A DNA stretch of 64,000 bases from an uncultured Bacteroidia bacterium (lineage in GTDB: Bacteria; Bacteroidota; Bacteroidia; Bacteroidales; ML635J-15), in assembly GCA_902800045.1 (NCBI GenBank), contig CADCCZ010000002.1, forward strand, positions 332,131 to 396,130. The letters are read 5' to 3'. Both the position numbers and the translations under genes were made by a program. This document shows, piece by piece, positions 8,025-16,541 of the stretch (position 1 is its first letter; each line of letters opens with the position of its first letter). The notes under the pieces are model-generated. The model ran no database searches and was not told where the DNA came from. It saw only the letters and a list, made by a program, of their open reading frames with translations.

Positions 8025-9854
8025 TTACTTATTTAATTTGTTGATTAGTCCTATCAGTTTGCTCTGATGCAATTCCATCTCCCTTAATATTGCCTTGCAA
8101 TCCGACAAATCTTCATGCGTTTTTTGCAACCTTTTAGCAGCTTCAACATTCTCACTGAATATTTTTTCGACTTGCGGAACGTCATCATTTGATATTGATT
8201 CTAGAACGTTTACTAATCTATCACCTTCAGATTTAGACATTTTATATTTATCTTCTACAAACCAACGTGTTTTCAAATGGGAACAAAACTCTCTTATTGT
8301 ATCTTGGCATTTGTTAGACATTGACTTAAGCCCCGCATAGAAAGAATTTTCTTTCCATTCACAATTCTTTCGTGCGTTTGAATGTTCAGAATTTTTCCTA
8401 TTAACATTTTCCCTTAAAATAGACAGACAATTAGGAATAAGATTATTCACAAGACTATTTACATAGTTTTCAGAATCAGCACTTCTCCTAATAGACTTTA
8501 CAACATTCATTATTGTGTCAATCTGTGCTGTTTTTGAGAATCGAATGTACTGCTTCGGCACAACACCCTCCCTTGCAAATGTCTGCTTTATTAGTTGTTC
8601 AACCCTTTCTACCTCTTTTTCTGCTTTGGTGTCGGTCTTGTTTATTACAACATACAGAGGTTTTTTTAGTTTTTCCTTTATCAAGGCAAGTGAACTTCTG
8701 TTTATCGTACCTGTGTTTACATCGACAACCCAGAATAAGGCATCACACTCGTTTATTACACCAAGAGTCCTTTCACTGTCCTCCTTGTCGTTGGAGTTAA
8801 ATCCAGGGGTATCAAGAATGCTCATACCGTTCAAATTAGGATTCTTGTAGGTCATTACAAAATACTGTATAAGCGAAGATATTCCTTTTACTTGATTTAG
8901 AACTTCCTTGTTCACCCTACTGAAAGTTTCCTTTGAAATTGTCTTTAGGATATTATCCGGTGAATACAAGCAATAAGTTGTTGTTATTCCACCTGATATA
9001 TAGGTAGGAATAGCGGTTGTCGCCTCTGTGCTCACAGGTAGCAACTGGGCACTTGCATCATTCTGCGAAAGAATTCTATTCACTATTGATGTTTTTCCTG
9101 CCGAAAATTCACCGACAAAGGCAATCTTTACTTTGCCCTGTACCCAATGCTTGCTGGCAATTTCTGCCCATTCGTTAAGCTGTGGACCAAAATAATCGTT
9201 CCATTTTGCCGAACCTTCTCTTATATCATTGAAGTTCTTGGAAACGAATGGCTCAAGGTCTTCTTCGATGTAGTCCTTTATTTCCCTAATAGCCTTTATG
9301 CGTTCGGAATAAGACTTATCATCGGCACGTTTTGCAGTCATAACTTCCTGAACAAATGAAAGAGATTGTTTCTTTAGTGATATTTCCTCTCTTGCCTCAT
9401 TTAATGTGTCCTTTGTTTCTTGAAGTTCCGATGAAATCTGCTTGTTCTTATTCTCCAGTTGCCCTATTATTTCATCTTTTTCGGCTTCAATTTTCTTTGT
9501 TTTTTTCTTCTGGTCGTCACATTCATCCTCAAGGTCTTCAATTTCATTTTCAAGTTTCTTGATTTTTTCCTTCGCCTTGGAGATTTCGTCTTTAAGCCTA
9601 TCTTCCTCATCGGATGTAATTGTTACATTACCGCCCTTTTCTACTGTTTTCAGTTTTTCCTTCAACTCGGAATATGCCTTTTCTTTTTCGGATAATGCTT
9701 GTTTTAACGATTCGATCTCATTCTTGTGACTTGATTTGTCAATATTGTTTTGCTGCGTATTTTTCCTTGACATTAGTTTTACCACAACAAATACAATTAT
9801 TCCGCCAAGGATGGCAGCCCCTATTGTCAATAAAATTATGTTAGTGATATTCAT
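8025..9854 (-). CDS. Membrane-anchored coiled-coil / dynamin-like GTPase (DLP-2)
   Basis: N-terminal TM helix (ILLTIGAAILGGIIVFVVV), about 150 aa of E/K-rich heptad coiled coil, then G1 GEFSAGKTS, G3 DTPGFNS and G4 NKTD. Confidence 0.85.
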   Translation of the reverse strand: MNITNIILLTIGAAILGGIIVFVVVKLMSRKNTQQNNIDKSSHKNEIESLKQALSEKEKAYSELKEKLKTVEKGGNVTITSDEEDRLKDEISKAKEKIKKLENEIEDLEDECDDQKKKTKKIEAEKDEIIGQLENKNKQISSELQETKDTLNEAREEISLKKQSLSFVQEVMTAKRADDKSYSERIKAIREIKDYIEEDLEPFVSKNFNDIREGSAKWNDYFGPQLNEWAEIASKHWVQGKVKIAFVGEFSAGKTSIVNRILSQNDASAQLLPVSTEATTAIPTYISGGITTTYCLYSPDNILKTISKETFSRVNKEVLNQVKGISSLIQYFVMTYKNPNLNGMSILDTPGFNSNDKEDSERTLGVINECDALFWVVDVNTGTINRSSLALIKEKLKKPLYVVINKTDTKAEKEVERVEQLIKQTFAREGVVPKQYIRFSKTAQIDTIMNVVKSIRRSADSENYVNSLVNNLIPNCLSILRENVNRKNSEHSNARKNCEWKENSFYAGLKSMSNKCQDTIREFCSHLKTRWFVEDKYKMSKSEGDRLVNVLESISNDDVPQVEKIFSENVEAAKRLQKTHEDLSDCKAILREMELHQSKLIGLINKLNK

Positions 9855-9858
9855 TTAC

Positions 9859-10230
9859 TTACTTTTTTAATGATTCAACTTCATTTTCCAACGATTTTAC
9901 AGCGAGACTATATTCTTCTACTTTGAGTTTCAACTCAGAGTTTTCTGCAGACAGAGCCTTTATCTTCCTTTTTGCCGCATCCATTTCATCTTCAAAGGAA
10001 TCATTGTCTTCATCCCTTTCTTTTAACTGGCGGTAAAGTTTTTTGTTCTCGGCAAGCAAATCTTCAACCTGTCGTTCAAAATCTCTATTTCTGTTGCGAA
10101 ACTTTTCGTTTTCCCTATAAAGTTCGTCGATTTCTGTTCTTTTTTCGTTAGACGGCTGCTGTCCAGTAAATTTACCGATTAAATACCCAACCGACAATCC
10201 TAATATTGCAGTTATTATAATTCCTACCAT
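9859..10230 (-). CDS. Single-pass membrane coiled-coil protein
   Basis: 123 aa. N-terminal TM helix (IIITAILGLSVGYLIG) followed by a charged heptad-rich sequence. Resembles the N-terminal module of DLP-2. Confidence 0.7.
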   Translation of the reverse strand: MVGIIITAILGLSVGYLIGKFTGQQPSNEKRTEIDELYRENEKFRNRNRDFERQVEDLLAENKKLYRQLKERDEDNDSFEDEMDAAKRKIKALSAENSELKLKVEEYSLAVKSLENEVESLKK

Positions 10231-10245
10231 AATTTTTCTCCTTAT

Positions 10246-12003
10246 TTATAACATATTCCTATAGTTACGTAATTGTGTCATCCTACGTTCAAACTCATCC
10301 TGATTTGCTTTGCGTTGCTCGGCAAGTTTCTGTAGAATCTGATTTTTTTCTGTAATTGTTGTTTCCGCTTCTGCATACAAAACTGTACTTATTCCATTCA
10401 CAATCTCATTTCCAATACGGTCTATTTCGGCTTTAAATGCAGGCATCAATGTCGAATCAACATAATTGTTAATTGCTCTTATTCTTTGCGGTTTACCCAT
10501 TGTGGCATCTGTAATCTTTCCAATAAGATTTCCGAGAACACCGCCATTTTTCTTTTCTATGGATTCTGCTTTTTGTTGCACTTGAGATGCCTTAGACAAT
10601 GCTCTTCCTGCCAATGTAAGTTCTGTACCTTCGATAAGCAGAGTTGAAGTGCTGATACCACTTGCTGCTCCAGAACCTGCCGCTCCTGCTGCCGCAGTTC
10701 CCGATGCTCCTAAAACTGCGGGGGCAGCCGCAACTGCAGCAACTGCAGCTATACCAATTACGCCAATCTTGATTGCATTATCATATTCGTGTCCTGCTTC
10801 ATTTAAATTCATTCCGTAACCTATGCCAGACATATCAAAATCAGGCAAGGAAATGTTATTTAGCGACTGGATATTTACGCTATCATTACCCGAAAGCGAA
10901 GTGGCTTTTGTCTTTATTGCTTGACGTACATTGTTCTTGAACTCGTTTTGCAATAATGTTGCAGTGTTGTTTATCGCACTTATTGCTTCCGCATCATAGT
11001 TAATTCCTTTGGCTGTTGCAATTGAATTTAAACGAGAAACAATGGAATCCTGAAAATGGCGAGAAACATTTCTTCCTATTTCTTCTATGTCGCCTGTTGA
11101 ATCGGATATAAGCCTGTTTATGCTTCTGTTGAAATTGTTTAGTTCTGCTTTGTGCTTCTTGATGCTTTCTTCCAATTCATCATCAGAAGAAGAAGATACC
11201 TTCAACATTTCATCTATGCAACTTTTCAATTTCTCCGAAGCAAGATTCATTCTTTGTTCATTTACTTTTTTTAAGATATTGTTTTTCTCTGCCATAATCG
11301 ACTGGAACAAATCGTACAATTGCTGTACATCGTTGTTTTTGGCTGAGACACAAGCCGTCTGTTTTATATCAATTTCGCAATTTTCAGATATGTATTTCTT
11401 TTGAGCCTCAACTTCTTTTTGTGTCTTAGTATCGCATTTTGTTATAACTAAAAACAAAGGTCTGTCAGACAATTTCATAGTTTTAACGAACTCTGTCAAC
11501 GAGCGAGTTATTGGCTGGTTTACATCAATTACCAATATTATGCCATCAGCTTGTGGCAAAAAGTTTACAAGTGCCTGCTTGTGTCGTATATCAGGAGAAG
11601 AAAGTCCTGGAGTATCAACAATTACTGTTGTTGATGGAACTCTTTTTGATGTATCGTGTACAAGAACGAAAGGATTATTGCCTAATTTGTCATTCTTTAA
11701 GTCGGCAATATTGTCGTAGTGCGTAGATTTGCCCTCCTTATCGAAAACTTCAGCGCAACAAGAATCACAGCCAAAATGAACTTCAAAAATTGTTGCCGTG
11801 GTAGGGTCAAAATTTGTTTCAAGTTGCTTGCTATCTGTTAAGGCATTTATCAATGTTGTCTTTCCAGAACTAAATTCACCCACAAATGGTAAAATCAAGT
11901 CGCAATCTGTTTTCGACATTTTTACCTTTAATTGTTCCAATTCTTTTGTAATTGTTTCTGCATTAATCTCCTTTGAGATTTCGATTAATTTGTTTATTTC
12001 CAT
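10246..12003 (-). CDS. Bacterial dynamin-like GTPase (DLP-1) with a Gly/Ala-rich hydrophobic paddle
   Basis: G1 GEFSSGKTT, G3 DTPGLSS and G4 TKCD. The hydrophobic segment IGVIGIAAVAAVAAAPAVLGASGTAAAGAAGSGAASG sits within the helical C-terminal half. Confidence 0.85.
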   Translation of the reverse strand: MEINKLIEISKEINAETITKELEQLKVKMSKTDCDLILPFVGEFSSGKTTLINALTDSKQLETNFDPTTATIFEVHFGCDSCCAEVFDKEGKSTHYDNIADLKNDKLGNNPFVLVHDTSKRVPSTTVIVDTPGLSSPDIRHKQALVNFLPQADGIILVIDVNQPITRSLTEFVKTMKLSDRPLFLVITKCDTKTQKEVEAQKKYISENCEIDIKQTACVSAKNNDVQQLYDLFQSIMAEKNNILKKVNEQRMNLASEKLKSCIDEMLKVSSSSDDELEESIKKHKAELNNFNRSINRLISDSTGDIEEIGRNVSRHFQDSIVSRLNSIATAKGINYDAEAISAINNTATLLQNEFKNNVRQAIKTKATSLSGNDSVNIQSLNNISLPDFDMSGIGYGMNLNEAGHEYDNAIKIGVIGIAAVAAVAAAPAVLGASGTAAAGAAGSGAASGISTSTLLIEGTELTLAGRALSKASQVQQKAESIEKKNGGVLGNLIGKITDATMGKPQRIRAINNYVDSTLMPAFKAEIDRIGNEIVNGISTVLYAEAETTITEKNQILQKLAEQRKANQDEFERRMTQLRNYRNML

Positions 12004-12012
12004 GATATTATT

Positions 12013-12450
12013 TTAATTGTATTTTATCGTTTTAAGAAACTCTTTTAGATTATTGAGTACATCATTCCTATTAAGTATTTTTATCAAATCCATATTATCT
12101 ATTTCCAAAGAATCTTCCATGTCATATAGTAAAGTATTTATCCATTTAACAAAATAATTTATTTTTCTCCTTTTATTACATTTGGTATATGGTATTAGAG
12201 AGTTGCATAAAAATATTAGGGATTTTAATTGATTTTTTATTTTCAAAGTACGTTTACTTCCAAAACTAATAGCACATGATTTATCGTACTCTTCTATGCA
12301 TTGAATAATTGTTTCAGTAATGTTGCCTATTTTAGATATAATAATATGCTTATTTGCTGCTTTGAAATTAATTAGACCAGAAATTCCAATGATAGCACAT
12401 ATTGACGCAATAATTGAAATTATAGAACTAATAATGTTTAATGATTCCAT
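12013..12450 (-). CDS. Hypothetical small membrane protein, first gene of the dynamin operon
   Basis: ATG at 12450 and an N-terminal TM helix (IISSIISIIASICAIIGISGL). Very AT-rich. Its stop lies 9 bp from the DLP-1 start. Confidence 0.5.
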   Translation of the reverse strand: MESLNIISSIISIIASICAIIGISGLINFKAANKHIIISKIGNITETIIQCIEEYDKSCAISFGSKRTLKIKNQLKSLIFLCNSLIPYTKCNKRRKINYFVKWINTLLYDMEDSLEIDNMDLIKILNRNDVLNNLKEFLKTIKYN

Positions 12451-12524
12451 GATATTAAATTTTTTGTCATTATTTCTTTTATTCCTTAAAAAAAATTGAG
12501 CGTGTTCCAACTATCCTTCATTTC

Positions 12525-12809
12525 GGTTGGAAAGGCTCTGGAAAACCCGTAATCGCAAAAAGAAGAAAGCAGTCCACGCCCATGATGGGTGCGTACGGTT
12601 TTCGAACTACCTGCGCGATTACTTGTAAAAAGCTTCCAGACTTCTTCCAATCGCTAAGCATAACGAAACGTACTCCTAACGTTGCTACAAAGATATAGAA
12701 ATATTTACGATTTACGAAGTACGATTTATGATTTTTTTTGAGACCAATCCAGATGTCAAACAGTCTAACAGAAGACTTGTCGGGCTGCAAGCCTGTTAGC
12801 CTGTTAGCC
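12525..12809. repeat. Mosaic intergenic repeat block, left of the AbiE cassette
   Basis: ggttggaaaggctctggaaa (12525-12544) is the exact reverse complement of 14389-14408. cctgttagcctgttagcc (12792-12809) is a near reverse complement of 14498-14514. cgctaagcataacg also has an inverted partner near 14426. Confidence 0.8.
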
Positions 12810-12835
12810 ACTCAAAAAAACTTGTCAATTCAAAA

Positions 12836-12843
12836 TATATTTG
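12836..12843 (+). promoter_or_regulatory. Candidate -7 box TAtaTTTG upstream of abiEi
   Basis: Matches the Bacteroides TAnnTTTG consensus, 50 bp before the ATG at 12893. Confidence 0.35.
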
Positions 12844-12892
12844 TAATTTTGTGAGCCTATAATAAAAATAAATTTTATTTCTAGCTTTAAAA

Positions 12893-13453
12893 ATGACTGT
12901 AATAAATTCCATAATGGCAAGCCCACGCACTGTTTTTACGATGCAGTCGCTGCTTATGCTGCTAGATGGTTCGCAAACAGCCGACCTGCCGGCAAAGATG
13001 CACTATTATGTCAAGCAAGGTGTTTTGCTAAATCCTCGGCGTGGAATCTATGCAAAATCGGGATACGACCTTCGCGAAATGGCATGCGCGGTATTCCAAC
13101 CATCATACATATCAATGGAATATGTATTGAGCCGTAGCGGTGTAACATTCCAGTATGTTGACGAAGTAACTTCCATTAGCTACCAGAACCGTAGCATCGA
13201 AATAGACGGGAAAGACTATTCGTATCGGCGCATTAACCCTATGCTGTGGACAAATATGGCAGGAATAATCCAAAACGACAATATTGCAATCGCTACTCCA
13301 GAACGAGCATTCCTCGATATGGTTTATCTGAGCGCCGGCAACTGTTTTTTCGACAATCTTCGTGTGCTCGACAGAAAACTAATCAAGGAAATATTGCCCA
13401 CATATAATTCTGCAACATTGAACAAACGAGTAAAACAATTGATAAATATTTGA
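12893..13453 (+). CDS. AbiEi-like antitoxin (type IV TA / abortive infection)
   Basis: 186 aa. Its stop overlaps the start of an AbiEii-family gene, and size and position are typical of AbiEi/DUF6088 partners. The call rests mainly on context. Confidence 0.55.
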   Translation: MTVINSIMASPRTVFTMQSLLMLLDGSQTADLPAKMHYYVKQGVLLNPRRGIYAKSGYDLREMACAVFQPSYISMEYVLSRSGVTFQYVDEVTSISYQNRSIEIDGKDYSYRRINPMLWTNMAGIIQNDNIAIATPERAFLDMVYLSAGNCFFDNLRVLDRKLIKEILPTYNSATLNKRVKQLINI

Positions 13454-14334
13454 AAGTCATGGATATTAATAAACATAGGTACTATATGACGCAGATTCTG
13501 CTTGCAGTTTTTCAGGAAAGTGAATTGTGCAAGCTACTTGCCTTCAAGGGCGGAACATCGCTATTGCTGTTCCACAACTTGACACGTTTCTCTACCGACT
13601 TGGATTTCAACCTGCTGGACAAATCGCAGATGGAAAATGTGTATCGTCGGATGCGAAATTTGCTACTTAGGTTTGGAAGTATCGAAGATGAAGCCGTAAA
13701 GTTTTATGGTGCCATACTTGTGCTAAGTTACGGTAAAGGCGAACGGATGCTAAAGATAGAAATAAGCACTCGCCAATACGACGACCATTATGAGATAAAA
13801 AACCTTATGGGTACAGATATCCGCTTAATGACAATAAATGATATGTTTGCACATAAACTTTGTGCGCTTGGCGAACGTATCACGCCACGCGACGTTTACG
13901 ACACTTGGTTTTTCCTTCACAACAGAACAGAAATAAATCCCAATATCGTGCAGTTGCGTACAGAAATGCCCATCAGTGAATATGCAAAACTTTGTGCTGC
14001 AAAAGTTTCAGAAACCAGTCCCAAGGCATTGATGCAAGGTCTTGGCGAAGTTTTGCTGGATGGTTCTTCAAAGAAATTTGTAAAATCTCAACTAATAACA
14101 GAAACCGCCTCGTTGCTTGAGCTGTTTTCGCAATATCCGCTTGTTGCAAACCAGACGAATACCCCAAGGATGCAACTGTTAATTGACAATCCTAACTTAA
14201 CACAACTATTCGAGAATAACAATGTGGATTTGAGCACCATATCAGAACAACAACTGCAAAATCTCATAAATCAAGGTGCATCGCTAAAAGTTTATTCTCG
14301 CAATGGAGAAGAGGTGGATATATCATTGGGATAA
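13450..14334 (+). CDS. Nucleotidyltransferase AbiEii/AbiGii toxin family protein
   Basis: Signature FKGGTSLLLFHNLTRFSTDLDFNL (GGT...RxSxDxDF) and about 290 aa. The start is TTG 13450 (overlapping the upstream stop) or ATG 13459. Confidence 0.8.
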   Translation: MKVMDINKHRYYMTQILLAVFQESELCKLLAFKGGTSLLLFHNLTRFSTDLDFNLLDKSQMENVYRRMRNLLLRFGSIEDEAVKFYGAILVLSYGKGERMLKIEISTRQYDDHYEIKNLMGTDIRLMTINDMFAHKLCALGERITPRDVYDTWFFLHNRTEINPNIVQLRTEMPISEYAKLCAAKVSETSPKALMQGLGEVLLDGSSKKFVKSQLITETASLLELFSQYPLVANQTNTPRMQLLIDNPNLTQLFENNNVDLSTISEQQLQNLINQGASLKVYSRNGEEVDISLG

Positions 14335-14388
14335 TAGTTTTCAAAAACAGCCCACGCCCATACCTTACATACTGCAACCACTGGCAAA

Positions 14389-14790
14389 TTTCCAGAGCCT
14401 TTCCAACCAGCAGATATTTCAAACGGTATGCTTAGCGCGGACTGCCGTTGCCACTGTGGCAACTGAGAAAAACAAATGTCCGAACAGCAGTCTCACAGGC
14501 TGACAGGCTAACAGTCGAACAGCCAAGCCTACCTAGACAGGTCTTCTTTAGCCATCAAATCAGCGTAGCCATTGTAAAGACGTGCCATGGCGCGTCTCAA
14601 CAGAACGGCAAAGCCCTCAACGAAGTTAAACGGCTTTAGCCATTGAAACGGGCATAGCCCATCAAACGTGAAACTTGAAACGGCGCAGCCATTGAAATCC
14701 AGAAACAGCGTTAGCCATCAAACTTTCAAACGCCGTAGGCATTGAAACAGCGCAGCGAGAACGGCGAAGCCCCTACGCTGTTACCTTTTT
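14389..14790. repeat. Mosaic intergenic repeat block, including about 7 degenerate TAGCCATYRAA units
   Basis: Inverted partners of 12525-12809. Motifs tagccatcaaa / tagccattgaaa recur every 18-30 bp across 14541-14760. The 28-mer aacggcaaagccctcaacgaagttaaac is the reverse complement (27/28) of 55199-55226. Confidence 0.8.
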
Positions 14791-14931
14791 CGTCTTTTTG
14801 CTACTGCTTTCTTGCAATTCCTTGCCTCGCTTGTAATCTTCGTGGGCTTTCTTGGCAAGCGTTCCGCCTGCAACCACCGCTGCTATTGCTGCCAGTGCCT
14901 TTAGACCGGCTTTAATGAAATCAGAACTCAT
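14773..14931 (-). CDS. Possible 52-aa small membrane protein
   Basis: Hand translation gives MSSDFIKAGLKALAAIAAVVAGGTLAKKAHEDYKRGKELQESSSKKTKKVTA. It is below the ORF-track cutoff, its 3' end runs into the repeat block, and it lies 19 bp downstream of the 14951 gene. Confidence 0.25.
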   Translation of the reverse strand: MSSDFIKAGLKALAAIAAVVAGGTLAKKAHEDYKRGKELQESSSKKTKKVTA

Positions 14932-14950
14932 ATTCAAATGTTTTTAATCG

Positions 14951-15307
14951 TTATTGTTTTATTTTCTCTCCCTTGCTGTTGTAAACAGTAGTATATCCGT
15001 TCTTCTTCACGACGAAGGTGTCGCCCGAAACGGAAACAATATCGCCCACCGTAGTGGAAATCGATTTATATTTGTGCCCTTGCATATCATACAGGTCGTA
15101 GAATCCGTTCTTTACCACGATGAAGAACTTGCTGCCATGTCCTACCAAAGTTCCAACATAGTCGCCAACGGCTTTAACTTCCACATTTTTTTCGTTGTAG
15201 ATGCGGTAGAAGTGGTTTTTATTCTCAATGTGTGAGATACTTTGCGAGAATGCTGTGGCACATATTGCCACGAACATCAGTAATACTAATAACTTTTTCA
15301 TTTTCAA
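14951..15307 (-). CDS. Secreted hypothetical protein with short beta-type repeats
   Basis: Signal peptide MKMKKLLVLLMFVAICATAFSQ, and repeated VKNGFYDLYDMQGHK / KKNGYTTVYNSKGEK segments. Confidence 0.6.
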   Translation of the reverse strand: MKMKKLLVLLMFVAICATAFSQSISHIENKNHFYRIYNEKNVEVKAVGDYVGTLVGHGSKFFIVVKNGFYDLYDMQGHKYKSISTTVGDIVSVSGDTFVVKKNGYTTVYNSKGEKIKQ

Positions 15308-15336
15308 TTAAGTTTAAATGTTTATACTCTTGTTAT

Positions 15337-15975
15337 TCAATAATTTATCTTTACGGTAATTTCGTGATAAAAGTCACGGCAATAGATGAAATCGGTTATG
15401 GCAAAATTGCTTTTCAGGAATAATTGACTAAACTGGAGGGTCAAGTGCAAATTCTTGGTAAGTTCTTCATCGAGACCTGCGTTCCAATTCTTCGTCCAAA
15501 TATCCGAGTCATGTTTACAACGACTACGCTTGCCTATGATAACGTCGAAACTATCGTATGGACTTACCACCAAACCAGCCACGCAACTATCCCAACCAGC
15601 ATATTGAGAATTCCACAATGCCCACCAAAGTTCATCGCGGTCGCTATCTTGCAGCGGATGCAGTTTAGGGTAGTCTTTACCTAAAAGGCACTTACCGTCG
15701 ACTTCTATGTCTTCGCCAAGGGCTTTGTTGGCTTCGTAAACAATGTGATATTTTTCGTAAGTTATCCGCAATGCCTCAATCAGTGCGTCGTTGTAGGCAA
15801 TTATGTCGGGCAGAATCTCCTCCTGATGCTGAAGCACATAATGGTTGATTATGTTCTTTCGCATTTGCAGCAGGTAGCTAATGTTTTCGGTATCGAAAGA
15901 GGATTCGTGGAATCTGATTATTTCTTTCTCGATTTGTTGCACCGAATAGTCCTGCAAAATTTTTCTTATATTCAT
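15337..15975 (-). CDS. Hypothetical protein (212 aa), no recognisable motif
   Basis: Clean ORF with an ATG start, in a same-strand series with neighbouring small genes. Confidence 0.55.
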   Translation of the reverse strand: MNIRKILQDYSVQQIEKEIIRFHESSFDTENISYLLQMRKNIINHYVLQHQEEILPDIIAYNDALIEALRITYEKYHIVYEANKALGEDIEVDGKCLLGKDYPKLHPLQDSDRDELWWALWNSQYAGWDSCVAGLVVSPYDSFDVIIGKRSRCKHDSDIWTKNWNAGLDEELTKNLHLTLQFSQLFLKSNFAITDFIYCRDFYHEITVKINY

Positions 15976-16010
15976 AACTAATTGTTTTACAAATTTAATA
16001 TTCTCCTACA

Positions 16011-16175
16011 TTGTCATTCCGTAAAGCAGAACGAACCGACTAAGTATCGTGTCGTGTGAGTTCGCTTGTACGGAATCTCCCATTGAAACATTTTCCATTG
16101 GAGATTCCGCATAGTTGAACAATATTATGCTCCACGTTCCGTATCGCATTATTGTTCTAACTTGCGGAATGACAA
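16011..16175. mobile_element. MITE-like 165-bp element with 11-bp terminal inverted repeats
   Basis: ttgtcattccg (16011-16021) pairs with cggaatgacaa (16165-16175). An internal hairpin is formed by cggaatctcc (16071-16080) and ggagattccg (16100-16109). A related gaatgtcattc motif occurs at about 55150. Confidence 0.45.
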
Positions 16176-16363
16176 TCCTTTTTTTCTTTGTCATCGTCGC
16201 AAAACAGGTCAACTATGCCGTCGATAAGGTCCGACACAAAATTGCCTGCTGCCTTGCCAACGGCAACCGCTGGACCTACTCCTTTCTCAAAAGGCTTCAA
16301 TTCTTCGGGAAACTTTCCTTTCGTCAGGTCGTGATTCTCTCTTTTTTCTAAATCCTTTTCCAT
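16157..16363 (-). CDS. Possible small protein (68 aa)
   Basis: ATG ORF whose 3' part overlaps the MITE-like element, so its coding status is uncertain. Confidence 0.3.
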   Translation of the reverse strand: MEKDLEKRENHDLTKGKFPEELKPFEKGVGPAVAVGKAAGNFVSDLIDGIVDLFCDDDKEKKDCHSAS

Positions 16364-16375
16364 AGTAGTCTGTTT

Positions 16376-16504
16376 TTAATCGTCATAGTCAATTCCATCT
16401 TCGTCATATTCTGCTCTAGCGTCCTCGTCCGGAAACATCCAGTCGAGAATTTCATCAGTTGACGGGTCATCGTCGTATGGACCATACTCAAAATCTTTAA
16501 TCAT
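16376..16504 (-). CDS. Possible very acidic 42-aa protein
   Basis: Hand translation gives MIKDFEYGPYDDDPSTDEILDWMFPDEDARAEYDEDGIDYDD. It lies 12 bp upstream of the next ORF. Confidence 0.3.
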   Translation of the reverse strand: MIKDFEYGPYDDDPSTDEILDWMFPDEDARAEYDEDGIDYDD

Positions 16505-16541
16505 AGCATTAGATTTTAAATGGTTATTAATAAGTTAACTA

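Noticed and set aside
12518-12811. ORFs lying in repeat blocks or over RNA genes: 12518..12811, 14303..14503, 14448..14639, 55258..55458, 16006..16212 and 46806..47129.
   Set aside because: They are composed of mosaic repeat modules or overlap tRNA-Ser and its tandem repeat. They lack plausible starts or promoters and have odd compositions, so they are most likely non-coding.
14541-14760. Possible CRISPR array. Recurring TAGCCATYRAA units occur at 14541-14760, and a 24-bp x3 array occurs at 55357-55430.
   Set aside because: The repeats are only about 11-24 bp and degenerate, the spacing is irregular (18-30 bp), and there are no unique spacers of CRISPR length and no cas genes in the window.
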